Below are positions 1 to 12,044 of a stretch of 64,000 bases of DNA, piece after piece. The stretch comes from Camelus ferus. Its lineage: Eukaryota. The stretch spans positions 62,188,001-62,252,000 of the forward strand of contig NC_045707.1 of the NCBI RefSeq assembly GCF_009834535.1. The letters run 5' to 3'. Position 1 is the stretch's first letter; each line of letters starts with the position of its first letter. The notes under the pieces are model-generated. The model saw only the letters and a program-made list of their open reading frames with translations. It was not told the DNA's origin and did not search any database. The position numbers and the translations under genes were made by a program.

Positions 1-429
1 TACTATGTAATGTGCACATCGGGGAAGAAATCAGCTGAGCTGTCCAGAAACACCTGGCTGTTGTGGGACCCAACAAACATGATAGCCACAGGCTAATGAT
101 CTAAAGATGGAAAGAGCTTTACCTGGCCGCTGTTTCAGCCTACAGCCAATGAATATAAATAGGCTTTCGTTGATCTTTTGTCCTACTAAAATGTAATCCA
201 GTTTATTGAACTGGGGAATTACATTAACCATTTTGACATTATTTCTTTATAAATCTAACATGGTGTCCTTGTTCTGTTCTTCCTCTCTCTGTATTAGAGA
301 AACCATAATCAAGTGTTATAATCTGTTTAAGCTCAATGATTCTAATAATTGGTCGAAAAATTGGTCTAGAAAATACTATATATATGGACCTCCATTTTTC
401 ATGTCCATAGTTATTTCTTCATACAAAAT

Positions 430-580
430 GGCCTGCTTCAGTTTTGTCCCCTGCATAAGGAGCATCATGATTGGATCTACCCCCTAGGGTTTTGTGAAGT
501 TGAAATCAAGTAATATGTATAATGTGCTAACACACAGCAAGTGTTGAAGGAATGGATTCATCGATATCATTATTGTTGTG
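430..580 (+). mobile_element. MIR SINE fragment (3' part)
   Basis: Degenerate match to the MIR core and tail (cttcagttttgtcccctgcataagga...cccctagggttttgtgaagttgaaatcaagtaatatgtataatgtgctaacaca). Confidence 0.6.
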
Positions 581-1194
581 GCTATTCACATATCATCAGA
601 GCATCAGATCTAGCAGAGGGTTTTATATTGGCAAATTTGTCCACAATTAGGAAAGAAAGGCTGTGTTGAGATCAGGAAGCATGCTCAGACTAAGCAATGG
701 GCTTATGAAGGTAAATGTGAAAAGCTGGCTTCACGTGTCTGTCACTCAAGGCTGGGCCTTCTTCTGATGAGAAGTGTCTCCAATAAGCACCTCGACTGCT
801 CCTCTGCCTCAACTGGAGGTCACTACGTCATGCCCTATACATTCAAAGTCCATCCATACTCTGATCTGAGTTGCATTTTCCCCTTGGGCATAAGGTAACA
901 GAAAACTCTACCCACCGTGTATTTACTAGTGGTCAAAACTGACATCTTTAAGCCTTGTGCTTCCATTGGTCTAAGGATGGGGAAAGAGGAGAGGACGGGC
1001 TCTTCTGGTCTACCTGGAATTACGCAGAAATTGATACCAAGTTTTTAACATGGGAAACTAGAAGTATTAATAAAAACACAACTTTAGGACACAGAATTAA
1101 CAATGGAAGTAAGACTGTAGCTTTCATTCAGCAGCATTACAACACAACATGGCTTGTACCATTTAAAAACCACTGTCTCATAAATAGTTTTGCA

Positions 1195-1290
1195 TAATCT
1201 TCACAACCAATCAGTGACCTAGCTAGAGAAAATACTTTCTCCATTTGACAGATGACACAACTGACTTTTAGAGGTAAAGTGACTTACTAG
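1195..1290 (-). mobile_element. MIR SINE fragment, interrupted by the LTR at 1295-1762
   Basis: ccatttgacagatgacacaactgacttttagaggtaaagtgactt resembles the reverse-strand MIR core (ccattttacagatgaggaaactgaggctcagagaggttaagtgactt). Confidence 0.6.
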
Positions 1291-1294
1291 TTCT

Positions 1295-1762
1295 TGCCAA
1301 CCAGAAACAAAGCACTTGCCATCTACCTTGTCTTGGATTAAATCACAAGCTGCTGCAGCCACTGACCTCCAACACTCCCTGGAAGGAGTTCAGAGTGGAG
1401 ATCAGGAATGAGGCACTCTGTGCTCTGGGAAAAGTGGCAGAACAGGCCTTCAGATGGATATTTTCAGGGTAAGATTTTATGAGTCCAAATGTTTGCATGT
1501 CCTTCTATCTAGAGAAGCACTAAAATCATTAGGTGACATCTGCTCCTTGTGACTAGCAGCAAGCCTCTGCCTAAAATGTGTGCTTGACTGTACGTACCCG
1601 CCCTTTACTAAAATCATATATAAAACTGAGTTCCCCTCTGCCTTTTCGGAGCAGTTCCTCAGAGCAATCTGAGATGCTGTCTCCCAGGCTATAGTCCTCA
1701 TTTTGCCCCAGATAAAACTTAACCCACAACTCTCATGCTGTGTGATTTTATTTCAGTTGGCA
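1295..1762 (+). mobile_element. Solo LTR, ERV1 class (cetartiodactyl MER41-like type)
   Basis: TG...CA ends with a perfect 7-bp inverted repeat (TGCCAAC / GTTGGCA); TATA-like tatataaaa at 1617-1625; typical 3' end (ctcccaggctatagtcctcattttgccccagataaaacttaacccacaactctca); 468 bp. Confidence 0.85.
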
Positions 1763-2094
1763 GTTTCATACACATGTAAGCAATAGATTTAAGGCAAGAA
1801 GTCATATCTTTTCCCTGTAAACAAAATTTCTTAATATTTATATATTTCAGTTTTATGTATTCATTGACAAAACACATATTTATAAATAAAATTCCAGCAA
1901 CTTGTCAATTTGTTTTATTACAAATATACACCAAATTTCTCTCTTGGAAAATCAACTTTAGTAGCATATTTACTCAGGTTTAATGACTTCAAGTAATAGC
2001 TTTTGGTCATTTACTCTGTTTTCATCCAAAAGCATTCCATATCTAATGGAATTACACCTAAAGTTATGAAAACACAAAACGATGGAGAAAAACT

Positions 2095-2600
2095 CCCAGG
2101 TAAGCGGCTGAAGCAACTGGACAGTCTGTGCCATTAGTTGAGATAGAAAAGATGGATGATCAAGATAATTTTTGGAGGAGAAGGGAGAGAGTCAAGAGTT
2201 CTAGTTTTCACGTATTATATTTGAGGATACAACTCAACAAGGAAGTTCAAATATCAAGGAGGCAGTTTAATCACACAAGTCTGGATCTCAAGGGTTCCGC
2301 TAGAAGCTGTAAATGGGGGAGTCATAAGCACAGACGTCTGAGTAGAAGTAGCTGTATCAGTCCACTTAGACATGGGTTAGATAGAAATGAGAGCTTGGCC
2401 TTGCAATGCTCCAACGTTTAGAGACTGGGGGGGAAAGAGAAGCCAGCAAAGGAGAATAAGGAAAAGCCAGATGGTACAAGGAACATCCTGAGAATGTGAC
2501 TATAAACAAAAGAGAGTGTTTCAAACATGCTGAATTTCTGGAAAGAAATGGTATGAGATAAATGGTACCTGAAAATGTTTCACTGGCCTAATTGAAACAA
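2095..2600 (-). mobile_element. L2 LINE fragment
   Basis: Purine-rich reverse-strand L2 motifs (gaagcaactgg...gtgccattagttgagataga; ggaggcagtttaatcacacaagtctggatctcaaggg; gggagtcataagcacaga). Confidence 0.7.
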
Positions 2601-2619
2601 AATTCATTTTTGGACAGAT

Positions 2620-3208
2620 TTCTATCAGAGTTTGATCAGAGACATGGAGCCACTTGTGTAAGTAAACAATTTATTGTAGGGATTCAACCTTAAAAATTGT
2701 GGGAACTCATTATTGCTATCCCCGTATAAAGCGGTGGCCAGAAGCCAGAAGTGCAACCTACCGAGGGGAGATTGACATTAATGTGATGTGGGGAAACATG
2801 GGACAGCTAGAAAGTAAGTGGACTCTGAGCACAGAATGGAACCGACTTTGGTCTCCCATTGCCTCCAGGTTGGGCCTCCAGGTTCAATGGTAGGGGTGTC
2901 CTGCAGGAACAGCTGGTGGCTTTTGTCAATGAGCTGAGAGTGCAAAAGGCAGAAGCGTCCAACACCCTTAAGGAGGAGATGAAGCAGCAGCTAAAGCAGC
3001 TGAGCCACAGGTGAAGGGCAGCACCTTATCCCCTCCTCAGTCCTTTCTGCAGTTAAAAAAATAATAATAAAGTACATGGTTTCACTTCCATTGCCTACAT
3101 CTTGGTCACAATGTCTCTTGTGACCCACACACGTGGGAACTGCGTGGGACAGGGAACTCAGGTACACTCATTCCAGTTTAGCTAACTTGACACAGTGCAA
3201 ATTCTCCC
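2620..3208 (-). mobile_element. ERVL solo LTR (LTR41/LTR40-like), nested in L2
   Basis: The end tgggaactgcgtgggacagggaactcaggtacactcattccagtttagctaacttgacaca matches the reverse of the LTR40/41 5' end; L2 sequence on both sides. Confidence 0.6.
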
Positions 3209-3209
3209 A

Positions 3210-3470
3210 AGGGTTGAAGAGTAGATGGGAAGCAAAGAAACAACTAGAGCTCTTTCAAGGGTTTGCTGAAACAGAATTAAAATGCAGATTTTTTTGTTTA
3301 GGTTTTTATTTATTTATCGTTGTCCTACAAGATGGTTTATAATGGAGCAATATGGTTCTGTAAGAGATAATGGAGAACGAATCGGCGGAAATGGAGAGAT
3401 TAACGCTGAAGGGGACGGAGGCGAAGGACAGAACTAATAAAGGCCTTGAGAATGTGAGATGAGTAATTGC
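3210..3470 (-). mobile_element. L2 fragment (continuation after the LTR)
   Basis: gggttgaagagtagatgggaag...ctctttcaagggtttgctgaaacag is a typical reverse-strand L2 segment. Confidence 0.5.
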
Positions 3471-3529
3471 CGTTAACACTCTAGGTCTGGGGTATTTCTT
3501 TTTAGTCTTTCTTTTTGCTGAGTATTTCT

Positions 3530-3800
3530 GATGGAATTTAGTGGTTCACAGCACAGGCTCTGGGACAGATTGTCTGCCTTTAAATCTTGACCTTGTTACT
3601 TAATCGTTGTGTGACAAAGAGCAAGAATGTCTTTGCCTCGGACTCTTCTTTTTAAAATGGCAATACTAAAACTAGACTCACAGGGTCACTGAGGGGTAAA
3701 ATAATAATGATATTCATTCACAGGTCATTGTAAAGATTAAATAAGTTAATATTTGAAGTTCATGTTGAACATTATTGGTATTTAGTTAAGTAGTTTGTTA
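3530..3800 (+). mobile_element. MIR SINE
   Basis: tagtggttcacagcacaggctctgggacagattgtctgcctttaaatcttgacc...tgtgtgac...aaaatggcaatactaa...cacagggtc; the tail segment (cacagg..cattgtaaagattaaataag) appears twice. Confidence 0.75.
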
Positions 3801-3894
3801 TTATTCAAAAATATTTGAGTGCTTAAAGAATATGAATTTTAAAAAATTCTTTTGTTTAACATTCTAATGTTAAGACTTCTGTTATTTAAATTTC

Positions 3895-4150
3895 TTTACA
3901 AATATTGTTTTTTTATTCCATAATATTCCAGCATATAGAGTGTAACAAAATGTGTGTAATTTTTTCTTTTTCCCTGAATGGACATTTAGGAAAAACAACT
4001 GTACACATTCAGAAAGTTTCTAATTTAAAAAAAACAACTTTTTTTCTGTTGTTTTTGTTTGCTTTACATAATTCTGTGGTGAGCATCTTTGAACATAGGG
4101 ATATATCCATTTAGATTATTTTTATAGAATAAATTATTGTTAGTGGAATG
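3895..4150 (-). mobile_element. Old L1 (L1ME-like) 3' fragment
   Basis: ataatattccagcatatagagtgtaac...tgaatggacatttagg...ctgtggtgagcatctttgaacata is typical reverse-strand L1 3' sequence. Confidence 0.55.
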
Positions 4151-5559
4151 AGAGATTCCCAGCATTCTTTATGTTCTGTCTTCTGAGTAATAAAGAAAAA
4201 TAATTCTAAACATTAAGTTGGAACTTTGTTCCTTTAAAACGCTATCTTAAGAGTTAATAAAATTTTAGTAAGTTCATTAAATAACTAAATGGTAGAGAGC
4301 ATTAAAATTTATTAAAAGGAAGTATTTCAGCAATATGTGTCTATCATTTAGTTCTAAATCCATGCTAAACTCTATTAAATACTAGAAAACCATGGCTTTT
4401 CTTCAGCCGCATCCCTGTTAAAATGAACGTTGAGCTTTCCATAGAAAAAATGCTTTCCTTAGACATTTAAATTATAGTAATTACAATAGTTTTTTAGATT
4501 CTCTTACTACTTGCTCATCTTTTGTACCTGATGTTTACAATGACAGATTTGTATCATGAAACTTAAAAATGCAGTAAAATGAGATAATATACATAGCTTT
4601 TGCACTTCACTGATTGTCAATTACTATTTTGATGGTGCCACTTGTTATATTTCACAATTAAAACATATGGATAATTTCTTTGTACAGCAATTGCATTTAC
4701 TATCATAATAACTAGTGGCAAAACTGTCAAGATAATATCCCCACCTGTCTCTAGAAACATAAGAGTCTCCCCTGCATTACTAATTTGACCAGAGTTGATC
4801 TCTTCCAGGTGTGAGTTCACTACTGTTAGTATATCTGTTAACAATCATAACTATGCCTTTATTTTGAGTGTTAATCATGATTTCATGATGTACAGTTATG
4901 AAAAATGTCCTTAAACATTTTCTGGATGAATGCCCACAGTTCACAAATGTTCGCTTGGTTGTTGAAAAAAAATTACAACATGAATAAGGTAGAAGAATAT
5001 GTGTCTGCACAAGGAGAGAAAGAATTTTGCCCTATATAACAATACTCATTAATAATGACAAAATCACTGTTATTAGAAGCTGCCTTATTTTCTTTGCAAT
5101 CATCTGTCTTTGAAGTGCAAAGACAGACTATTCCTGAGAGACAGAGGCTAAATAAAATGTATTCCATTTTTTCTTTCCATCTTCAACCTGATGTTCACAT
5201 CCATAAGAAGTGAAAAAAAGCGCATTTTAAAAACAGGTACTCGCCTGGTTTCCTTAACACCACACTCTCCTTGTACCTCTCTAATCTTTCCTACTTTTTC
5301 CCCTTAAATCATCATAGTTGCTACCCGTTAGATACATAACAATTTTAGAATACACTAATGAGTACTCCAAATGTGTTTTTCTCCTTTAACTTTCTGAATA
5401 ACTCTATTGGGTGAGTATTTCATTGCAGAGAAGAAACTAGCCTGCCACAAAATAATGTTAGTAAGAAACAAAGATGCCAAATAAATCCAAAAGATGTGAC
5501 TGACTCACTTCAAACATGTAACTAGTATGCCCCGCCCGACCCCTGCCATTATCAGCTCC

Positions 5560-5870
5560 TTTCCATCACGCAGTCCCTTAAGTGGCAGTTCCTGACCACT
5601 GTCACCCACTCTTCTCACTGTGCACTGTCCTGTAGTGATTTCTCTCCCATGACTTCAGATTCTGTCGTAGGTTGGAGGCGTCCATATTTTTTTCATCAGA
5701 CAAAACTCTGCTTCTGAGCTAAAGATGCTTAGTGTTACCTGCCTGACGGACACTTGCCCCAGAGTGTTTCACAAGAAACTAAGTGTCATTATGCCCATAA
5801 TTAATTACACAGTTTCCCCAGCTTCATTCTTTCTCTGCCAAACTGGTCTTTATCTTGAGTTTTCTATCTC
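5560..5870 (+). mobile_element. L2 fragment
   Basis: ctctgcttctgagctaaagatgc...acctgcctgacggacacttgccccagagtgtttcacaagaaac...ttttctatctc resembles L2 ORF2 3' sequence. Confidence 0.55.
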
Positions 5871-5899
5871 AAAAACAAAAACAAACAAATAAAAAAACT

Positions 5900-6183
5900 A
5901 CGGTGGCTAGTAAAAGAAGCAAACATCAGAATTATTTCCCAGACTAAAACATTACCTAAACAAGTAGATTGAAAAGATGTAACATTTCCAGGAAATCCAA
6001 GGTAAAGAACATCTAAAAAAAAAACAAACAAACAAACAAACAAAAAACCCAGAAAGAAAAAAAAATCAAACTTTAAAAAATCTACAAAAGAGAAGAAGAA
6101 AGTTCAAAAATTTTCGATTGAAAAGGAAAAAAAATTAGGTTTGCCTCAGATTTTCCATTGCAATGCCAAAACTAGAAAACAAT
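5900..6183 (+). mobile_element. Degenerate L1/HAL1 ORF1-region fragment with A-rich simple repeats
   Basis: aaaattaggtttgcctcagattttccattgcaatgccaaaactagaaaacaat resembles the conserved ORF1 'IRL-SDFS--T--AR-QW' region; (AAAC)n at about 6021-6046. Confidence 0.45.
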
Positions 6184-7366
6184 TCTCCTGGACAACTTAA
6201 TCAGAGACCCTCAAACAGCAATCCGTCCCCTACAGATCCAATCGAGTGCACCTACTGCACTCAGTGTCTAATATCCCCATACCTCCCACTCTGAGATACA
6301 AGAGTAAAGGGATATTTATGAAATAACTTGTCTCATCAAGGGAATGGGGCCAGTGGAACAGCAAAACCCTGCCTTTAGTTATTAACAAAGCTCATTTTCC
6401 CCCGCAGGTTTCGTTTGTGATCTCAGTCGATGAAAATGGTCAGATGTAAGGATGACTCCTCTACCTTCCTTTGAAATTTGTGTTCTACGATTCATCATGG
6501 CATCTCGTCTCCGTCTTCTAGTTCTAAAGGACTTTCAGTGTAACTGCATAGATCATCTTGAGAATCTTTGAAAGAAAGGTGGCCCTCATTTCAGAAAAAC
6601 TGTTGTACTTAGAGTGAATACCTAAAATTGCCTCAACAAATATATAAACACAGGACAGTGAAATGTCTGGTAAAGTTAGTAATTACACGCACAGATTAAT
6701 CTTTGGGTTCTGTGCTACTTATGTTGGGTTTTCATGCCATATTAGCAAGAACAATTTTTTTTTCACCATACTTAACATTTAAAGGGCAGAACACAGGGTG
6801 ACCTGGTCCTGATTTTGATCCCAGTGGACTCCAGAGGTCTTTTTTGACTCTGCTTTCTTTGTAATCAGTAATGTGATTACACTGTGGACTAAATTGCTCT
6901 TAAGTAAACCTTATTCTGGCTTGCTTCCATGGCATTCCAGTGTGTCTTCAACTACCTTGCCTCACTTTTCTTCTGTTAGGGTTAGACCCATAATTTGCCC
7001 ATTCCTAAAAGCTACTGTGTTCCATTAGCACATATATTTAAGATTTAATTGGATAATTTAGAAATCTCTGTTTTACTTCATAAAAATACATTTATCACCT
7101 TTGTGGAACTTATATTATTATTCACATTTTATAAATGTATGGATTTAAGACTTTTGTGGAGCATTGTATCACAAACTTAACTAAGAAATTGTGCTAATTA
7201 AGTTAATCTTGAACATTTTGGAAATACACTGTCTGCTAAATATTACTACCACTGTTTACTTACCAAACGTGACAAATTGCTCTCTGTAGTAAGTGATATA
7301 ATTGATAAGTAACATATTGCTCGTTACAATGATGTGACAAAGTGAGAATAAAAGCAGCAATACAAG

Positions 7367-7715
7367 GGCTGAGGTCTGAGTGTTTGTGTCTCCCTCCACC
7401 CCCAGTTCACATGTTGGCATCCTAATGCTCAACGTGGTCATTTTAGGAGGCGGGGCCTTTGGGAGGCAATTGGGTTATGAGTGTGGGTCTCTCATCAAAG
7501 GGATTAATGCCCTTGAAATAGAAATTCCACAGAGCTCCTTAGCTCCCTCCATCACATGGGGATATGAGAAGTGTGACTGGGAGGAGGGCACCTCCCCGAC
7601 CCTGCAGGCTCCCTGAACGGGGACCTCCTGCCTCCAGAAATACGAGAAATAAATGTTGTTTATAAGCTGCATAGTCTGTGGTGTTTTGTTACAGCAGCCA
7701 GAACAGACTAAGGCA
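7367..7715 (+). mobile_element. MaLR solo LTR (MLT1A/MLT1A0-like)
   Basis: Starts ggtctgagtgtttgtgtctccc; internal aggaggcggggcctttgggagg; ends gagaaataaatgttgtttataagc...tgtggtgttttgttacagcagccagaacagactaaggca. Confidence 0.9.
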
Positions 7716-7789
7716 ACTTAACATTTTTAATCCTTAATTTACTCCAGGTGTGATACCTGGTACTGTAGGTATCATTTACTTCCTATCTC

Positions 7790-7945
7790 CCAGCGAATAC
7801 ATGAGATCTGTCCTAACATGTCCTTACACTACAGGCAGGAAAACGGAGGCTTACAGTGGTTATGAGTCTTGCCCAAGGTCGAAGTGCTGAAGGCGGGATT
7901 TATACTCAGGAAGCCTGATGTCAGGATTCAGTTCATAACTATTAA
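7790..7945 (-). mobile_element. MIR SINE
   Basis: tacaggcaggaaaacggaggcttacagtggttatgagtcttgcccaaggtc...gggatttatactcaggaagcctga. Confidence 0.7.
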
Positions 7946-8263
7946 GGTGAAAAGCTGTTACACACAAAGTTACCATCTACCTAAAAATACTGGCCAATAT
8001 GGTTGTGGATTTTTTTTTTTCTTTTTACTTCCTCAGGCCTCTTCTAGATAGCATTTGTGCAACATGAAAATTTCAAAGGAAGATCTACATCAAAAATGAA
8101 TGACTATTCCTATCAGCAGTTTGCAAGAACTGTATTAGTAAATCATCTGGGAAACACGGCACGTCAATGGCTATTTATCACGAGTCACTCCTCTTTCATA
8201 CCAATGCTGAAAGATGTGAGTTTTAATTTACAACAGCTACGTGAATTACCATAAGATAATGGC

Positions 8264-8287
8264 AAAAAAAAAAAAAAAAAAAAAAAA
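8264..8287 (+). repeat. Poly(A)24 followed by an A/G-rich tail
   Basis: Read directly. Confidence 0.95.
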
Positions 8288-9319
8288 GAAGGAAAAAAGA
8301 AAAAAGAAGTAAGGAAACCCTAAAAACAGAGAAGTAGAATATATATTCAGGTGAAGCTATGTGTAGGGTCTGTATATTTTAAGAAAATTTTTCCTTTTCA
8401 GACTATGTGTATTCCCCCTGTATCTCATTTGACATCCTTTATGGCCCTATATATTTTCAGGGACTTACAATAATGCTGACTAATATGACATAAAATCATT
8501 CACTTCGGCTTTGAATGGAAATTTTGAAATATTGATTTTCAAGCTCCACTAACCGATGCTTTTATAAACACCGAAGAGCTTGGCTTATCATAATTTTCTT
8601 GAATGGCAACACTGGTTTTGGAGAGTTCTGGAGTCTTCAATTACATTTTTTGCTTTCTTGCACTTAGCACAGAAAAATAATCCACAAAAATGTGATGAGT
8701 TCACAAAACCCCACCTAAAACTAAAATAAAGAAAATGAAAAAAAAATAGCTATATGTTTTGAAAGCTGCCTTTGCCAACTGGCACCTTTATTTGTCAGTG
8801 GGTTGAGGATTGCAAGCTTGAGAACACATCGTTATAAATGTATGCCTGTTGTGTCCAAAATCAACCAACCAGTGACTTGCTATTCAAACCAGTCTATTTA
8901 ATGTCATTTTTTATAGACCATGAGAGAATATATGCAGTAAGTGTATCCATAACAACAATGATAATACTAATAACAAGAGATGAATAAATTATCTTTTTAA
9001 GAGCCTGTTTGCATAATTGTTGAGGGGTTATTAGAAGATATTTTTCCCTTCATATTTCATCACCTGTACCAGAAGATTCATGGAGGGAGAAAAGGAATCA
9101 CCAGACCACTTAGCATGCAACTGGGGTTTAGTGGAACAAACACTGCATTGAATTAGCTAGGTAAATGGTCAAAATCAAGAACAATTCTTTCACATTTTTG
9201 TATATAAAATGCAAATCAAAAGCAAATTCAATATAATTTCTCTCTGTATTACATATACATATATGTGCATGTGTATATAAAATATGTTTACCTTGAACTT
9301 TAACCACAAAATCTCAAAC

Positions 9320-9490
9320 TTCAGAACTAGAGTCCTGTTTGTGATCATTCAATCATCTTTCTAATTGAATCTCCATTTCCCAGATGATTAAACTAAGATT
9401 CACAGACTCTAAGTTATTTTCCCAAAGTCATTTTATAACTAGCAAATGTCAGAGATCTTGTTCTCCAGTATCCAAGCTTAGTGTTCTTCC
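9320..9490 (-). mobile_element. MIR-family fragment
   Basis: ctccatttcccagatgattaaactaagattcacagactctaagttattttcccaaagtca. Confidence 0.6.
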
Positions 9491-9999
9491 TCTAAACATA
9501 AAATAACTTCAGAGGCAATGCTGGAAAAAGTTGACAAGATAATGATAAAATGCATCATACACAAATAGTTGAGTTAGCAGCACTATTGTGCTATTTAACT
9601 TGGTAGTTTAGGTTCATACCATTATGTAGAAATAGTTTAAGTCTTTTTTAAATGTTCAAAAATCCAAGTTCTGAATATTTTTGCTTTAAAATAAAAGAAG
9701 ATGGATAAACTGTAGTTATAATTTAGTGTAGCACAATCTACTAATTTTTTTCCTCTTTTCTCTCTTATGTTATTAGTCTCCTTTGATTACCTCTTCTATT
9801 CCTCTCTCCCCCATACATACACACATGTACATTTAACACACTCACACATACAAAGTAGTTTATAAAAACAAAGCATGATTTATTTATCTTTACAACTTAT
9901 AGAAATGTGGGAAAATATTCATAGATATCAAATCTAAAGTCTGTTTAAAGGTCCTAGACTTGCTAATAATCAGAATAGAATCTTAGAAAAAGTGTTTAA

Positions 10000-10860
10000 C
10001 TACATCAGAAACTACGAAGGCCAGAATACTCTAAAATACTAGGAAAAGATAATCAACTAATTAGTTAACGTCCTGTGAAAACAATCTTCAAGAATAAAGG
10101 CAAACTAAGGGCATTTTCGGACAAAATAAAGACGACAGAAGTGGTTCTCAGTATTCTTGTACTGCAAGAGATGCTAAAGGAGTTTCTCAGGGCTGCCGAG
10201 GGACGATAACATGAGTAACTTAGATCAAAGGGAAAGAAAGAAAGAAAGAATGAATGAATAAATTAATGTAGTGATTAAAGGGTCAATTCATCAGGAAGAC
10301 ATCAAAATTGTAAATGTGTGTATACAACAGATATGCAGGTAGTATCATTCTAATTAAAGTGAAAAATAAACAATTCTACAATCATAGTTATAGGCATTTA
10401 AACCCATCTTTCAAGATTGAATAGAACAAGTATGTTTTAAAAATTAGTAACAACATAAATTACCTGAAAAATACTATCAACATACTGAGCCTCACTGGTA
10501 TTTATGAACACTAGGTAATACAACTGCAGCATGAACATTTTCAAATCCACGCAGCGCGTTAACCAAGGTAGACCGCATGCTAATCCATAAAATGAGTCCC
10601 AACACATTTCAAAGGATTGAAAGAACTTCTAAATAAAAAATAAATGAAGAAGGACTATCCCTAGCAAACACAGAAGATATTTTAAACTTCATAAAAATAA
10701 AAACAAGGTACCGAAAGGTAAAGGTACATAGAAACCTCCAAACATGTAGAGCCTAAATAAGACAATTCTAAATAATCCAACGGCCAGAAGGAGAGATCAA
10801 ATTGACCCTAGAAAATACACTGAACGGAAGGAAAATGAAAATGCACATAGACAGCTGTCG
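10000..10860 (+). mobile_element. Old L1 ORF1-end / ORF2 endonuclease-region fragments
   Basis: tcttcaagaataaaggcaaactaagggcattttcggacaaa; tgattaaagggtcaattcatcaggaagacatcaaaattgtaaatgtgtgt; aaccaaggtagaccgcatgct; heavily disrupted. Confidence 0.75.
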
Positions 10861-10867
10861 ATGTAGC

Positions 10868-11222
10868 TGCTAAAGTAATTAAACCAGGAGGACCTTAGAC
10901 CGAAGTTGCTCTGAGCCTTGTCACCTACATAGCAAACCAAAACCTAAGCAGATTAAAGCCCCGTAAATCCTCAACAATGAAATTTAAGAACAACCAGTCA
11001 CAAACAGCCAATTAGGTTTTCCCAAATAAAGCAACCGCTTAAGCTGGCAGGGGGCCAGACAATCCCCTTGCTTCACCTCTGCACGTGCTCCGTGAACACC
11101 TTTCTCAGCGCCCGTCAGAGGAACGCTCCTGACCACGTTCAGTCTGGTGCTGCCCCATGGCAACTGACGTTTGCTCAAAAGAACTCTTGAAAATTTTAAC
11201 GTGCCTCAGTTTACCTTTTAAG
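10868..11222 (+). mobile_element. ERV1 solo LTR (MER34-like)
   Basis: aaccagtcacaaacagccaattaggttttcccaaataaagcaac...; ends tttgctcaaaagaactcttgaaaattttaacgtgcctcagtttaccttttaa, like the MER34 3' end. Confidence 0.7.
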
Positions 11223-12044
11223 TAACAGCTAAGCACAAAGAGAGTAGAGCTTAAATCCAAGAGTGACTTACCCAAGGCCCTCAGTAATGACGAGTGAAGA
11301 GTGAATTCAGAGTTCAGAGGGTGTCTGGCCTGGGCATCTCACTGCCCCGAAGGCCATTAGTGGTCAGCTTAGGATCCCATTCTTCATCACAAAAACTGTT
11401 AAGAAATGATTAAAGAAAACATTTAGGTGATAAGAATAAACTTTAACACTTCCTGAAGTGGACAGTCTCCTTTCTGAGAACTGCAAAATAGGACAGACAA
11501 CAGTAACTTTTATAGAATAAAGAGCAAAGACCAGGAAGAGAAAAACAGAAAATACCTGCTTGTCTGGAACCATATACTCAACTTTATTTGGGGTAAGAAG
11601 GAACAATGAAATTAGTATAGAGCCTGGAGATGGCGTAGCATTTGAGGATTGGCTGGTGGATATCCTCAGTTTCATGACAAGCAAAGCATTCACAGGGACA
11701 TGAGAGTTATCTAAGTCTCTGTTTGCTGATGCAGCATGCTTGGCAGGAGCCTAGAAATTTATTTTAGCATATCCAAGGATAAGGTGTACTTGCAGCCAGC
11801 TCATTCGATGAAAGAGATGTTTGCTGGTTTTCCTGGATTATAGGTGGTTCAGTGTCACCAGGTAAGTTGGAACCTACTCTCCAGGGTGCAGGTGAACTGC
11901 CAGAGCGTAGCTATGCAGAGAAAGGGGGCCCCCTGTGTGGAAGGTCCGGATCACGTGACATCACAGTGTCAGGAAGTCCTGGCAGCCACTACTCAATGAA
12001 TAGTTGTCAAATGAGTAAGTTGTAATGCAAATTTATAGTCCTCA

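Noticed and set aside
4745..4834. 90-nt minus-strand exon candidate (ILTVVNSHLEEINSGQISNAGETLMFLET)
   Set aside because: Open and symmetric, but the pyrimidine tract is poor, the donor GTGGGG is weak and I recognise no homologue
8264..8310. Poly(A) as the tail of a processed pseudogene
   Set aside because: No TSD, poly(A) signal or recognisable upstream body found
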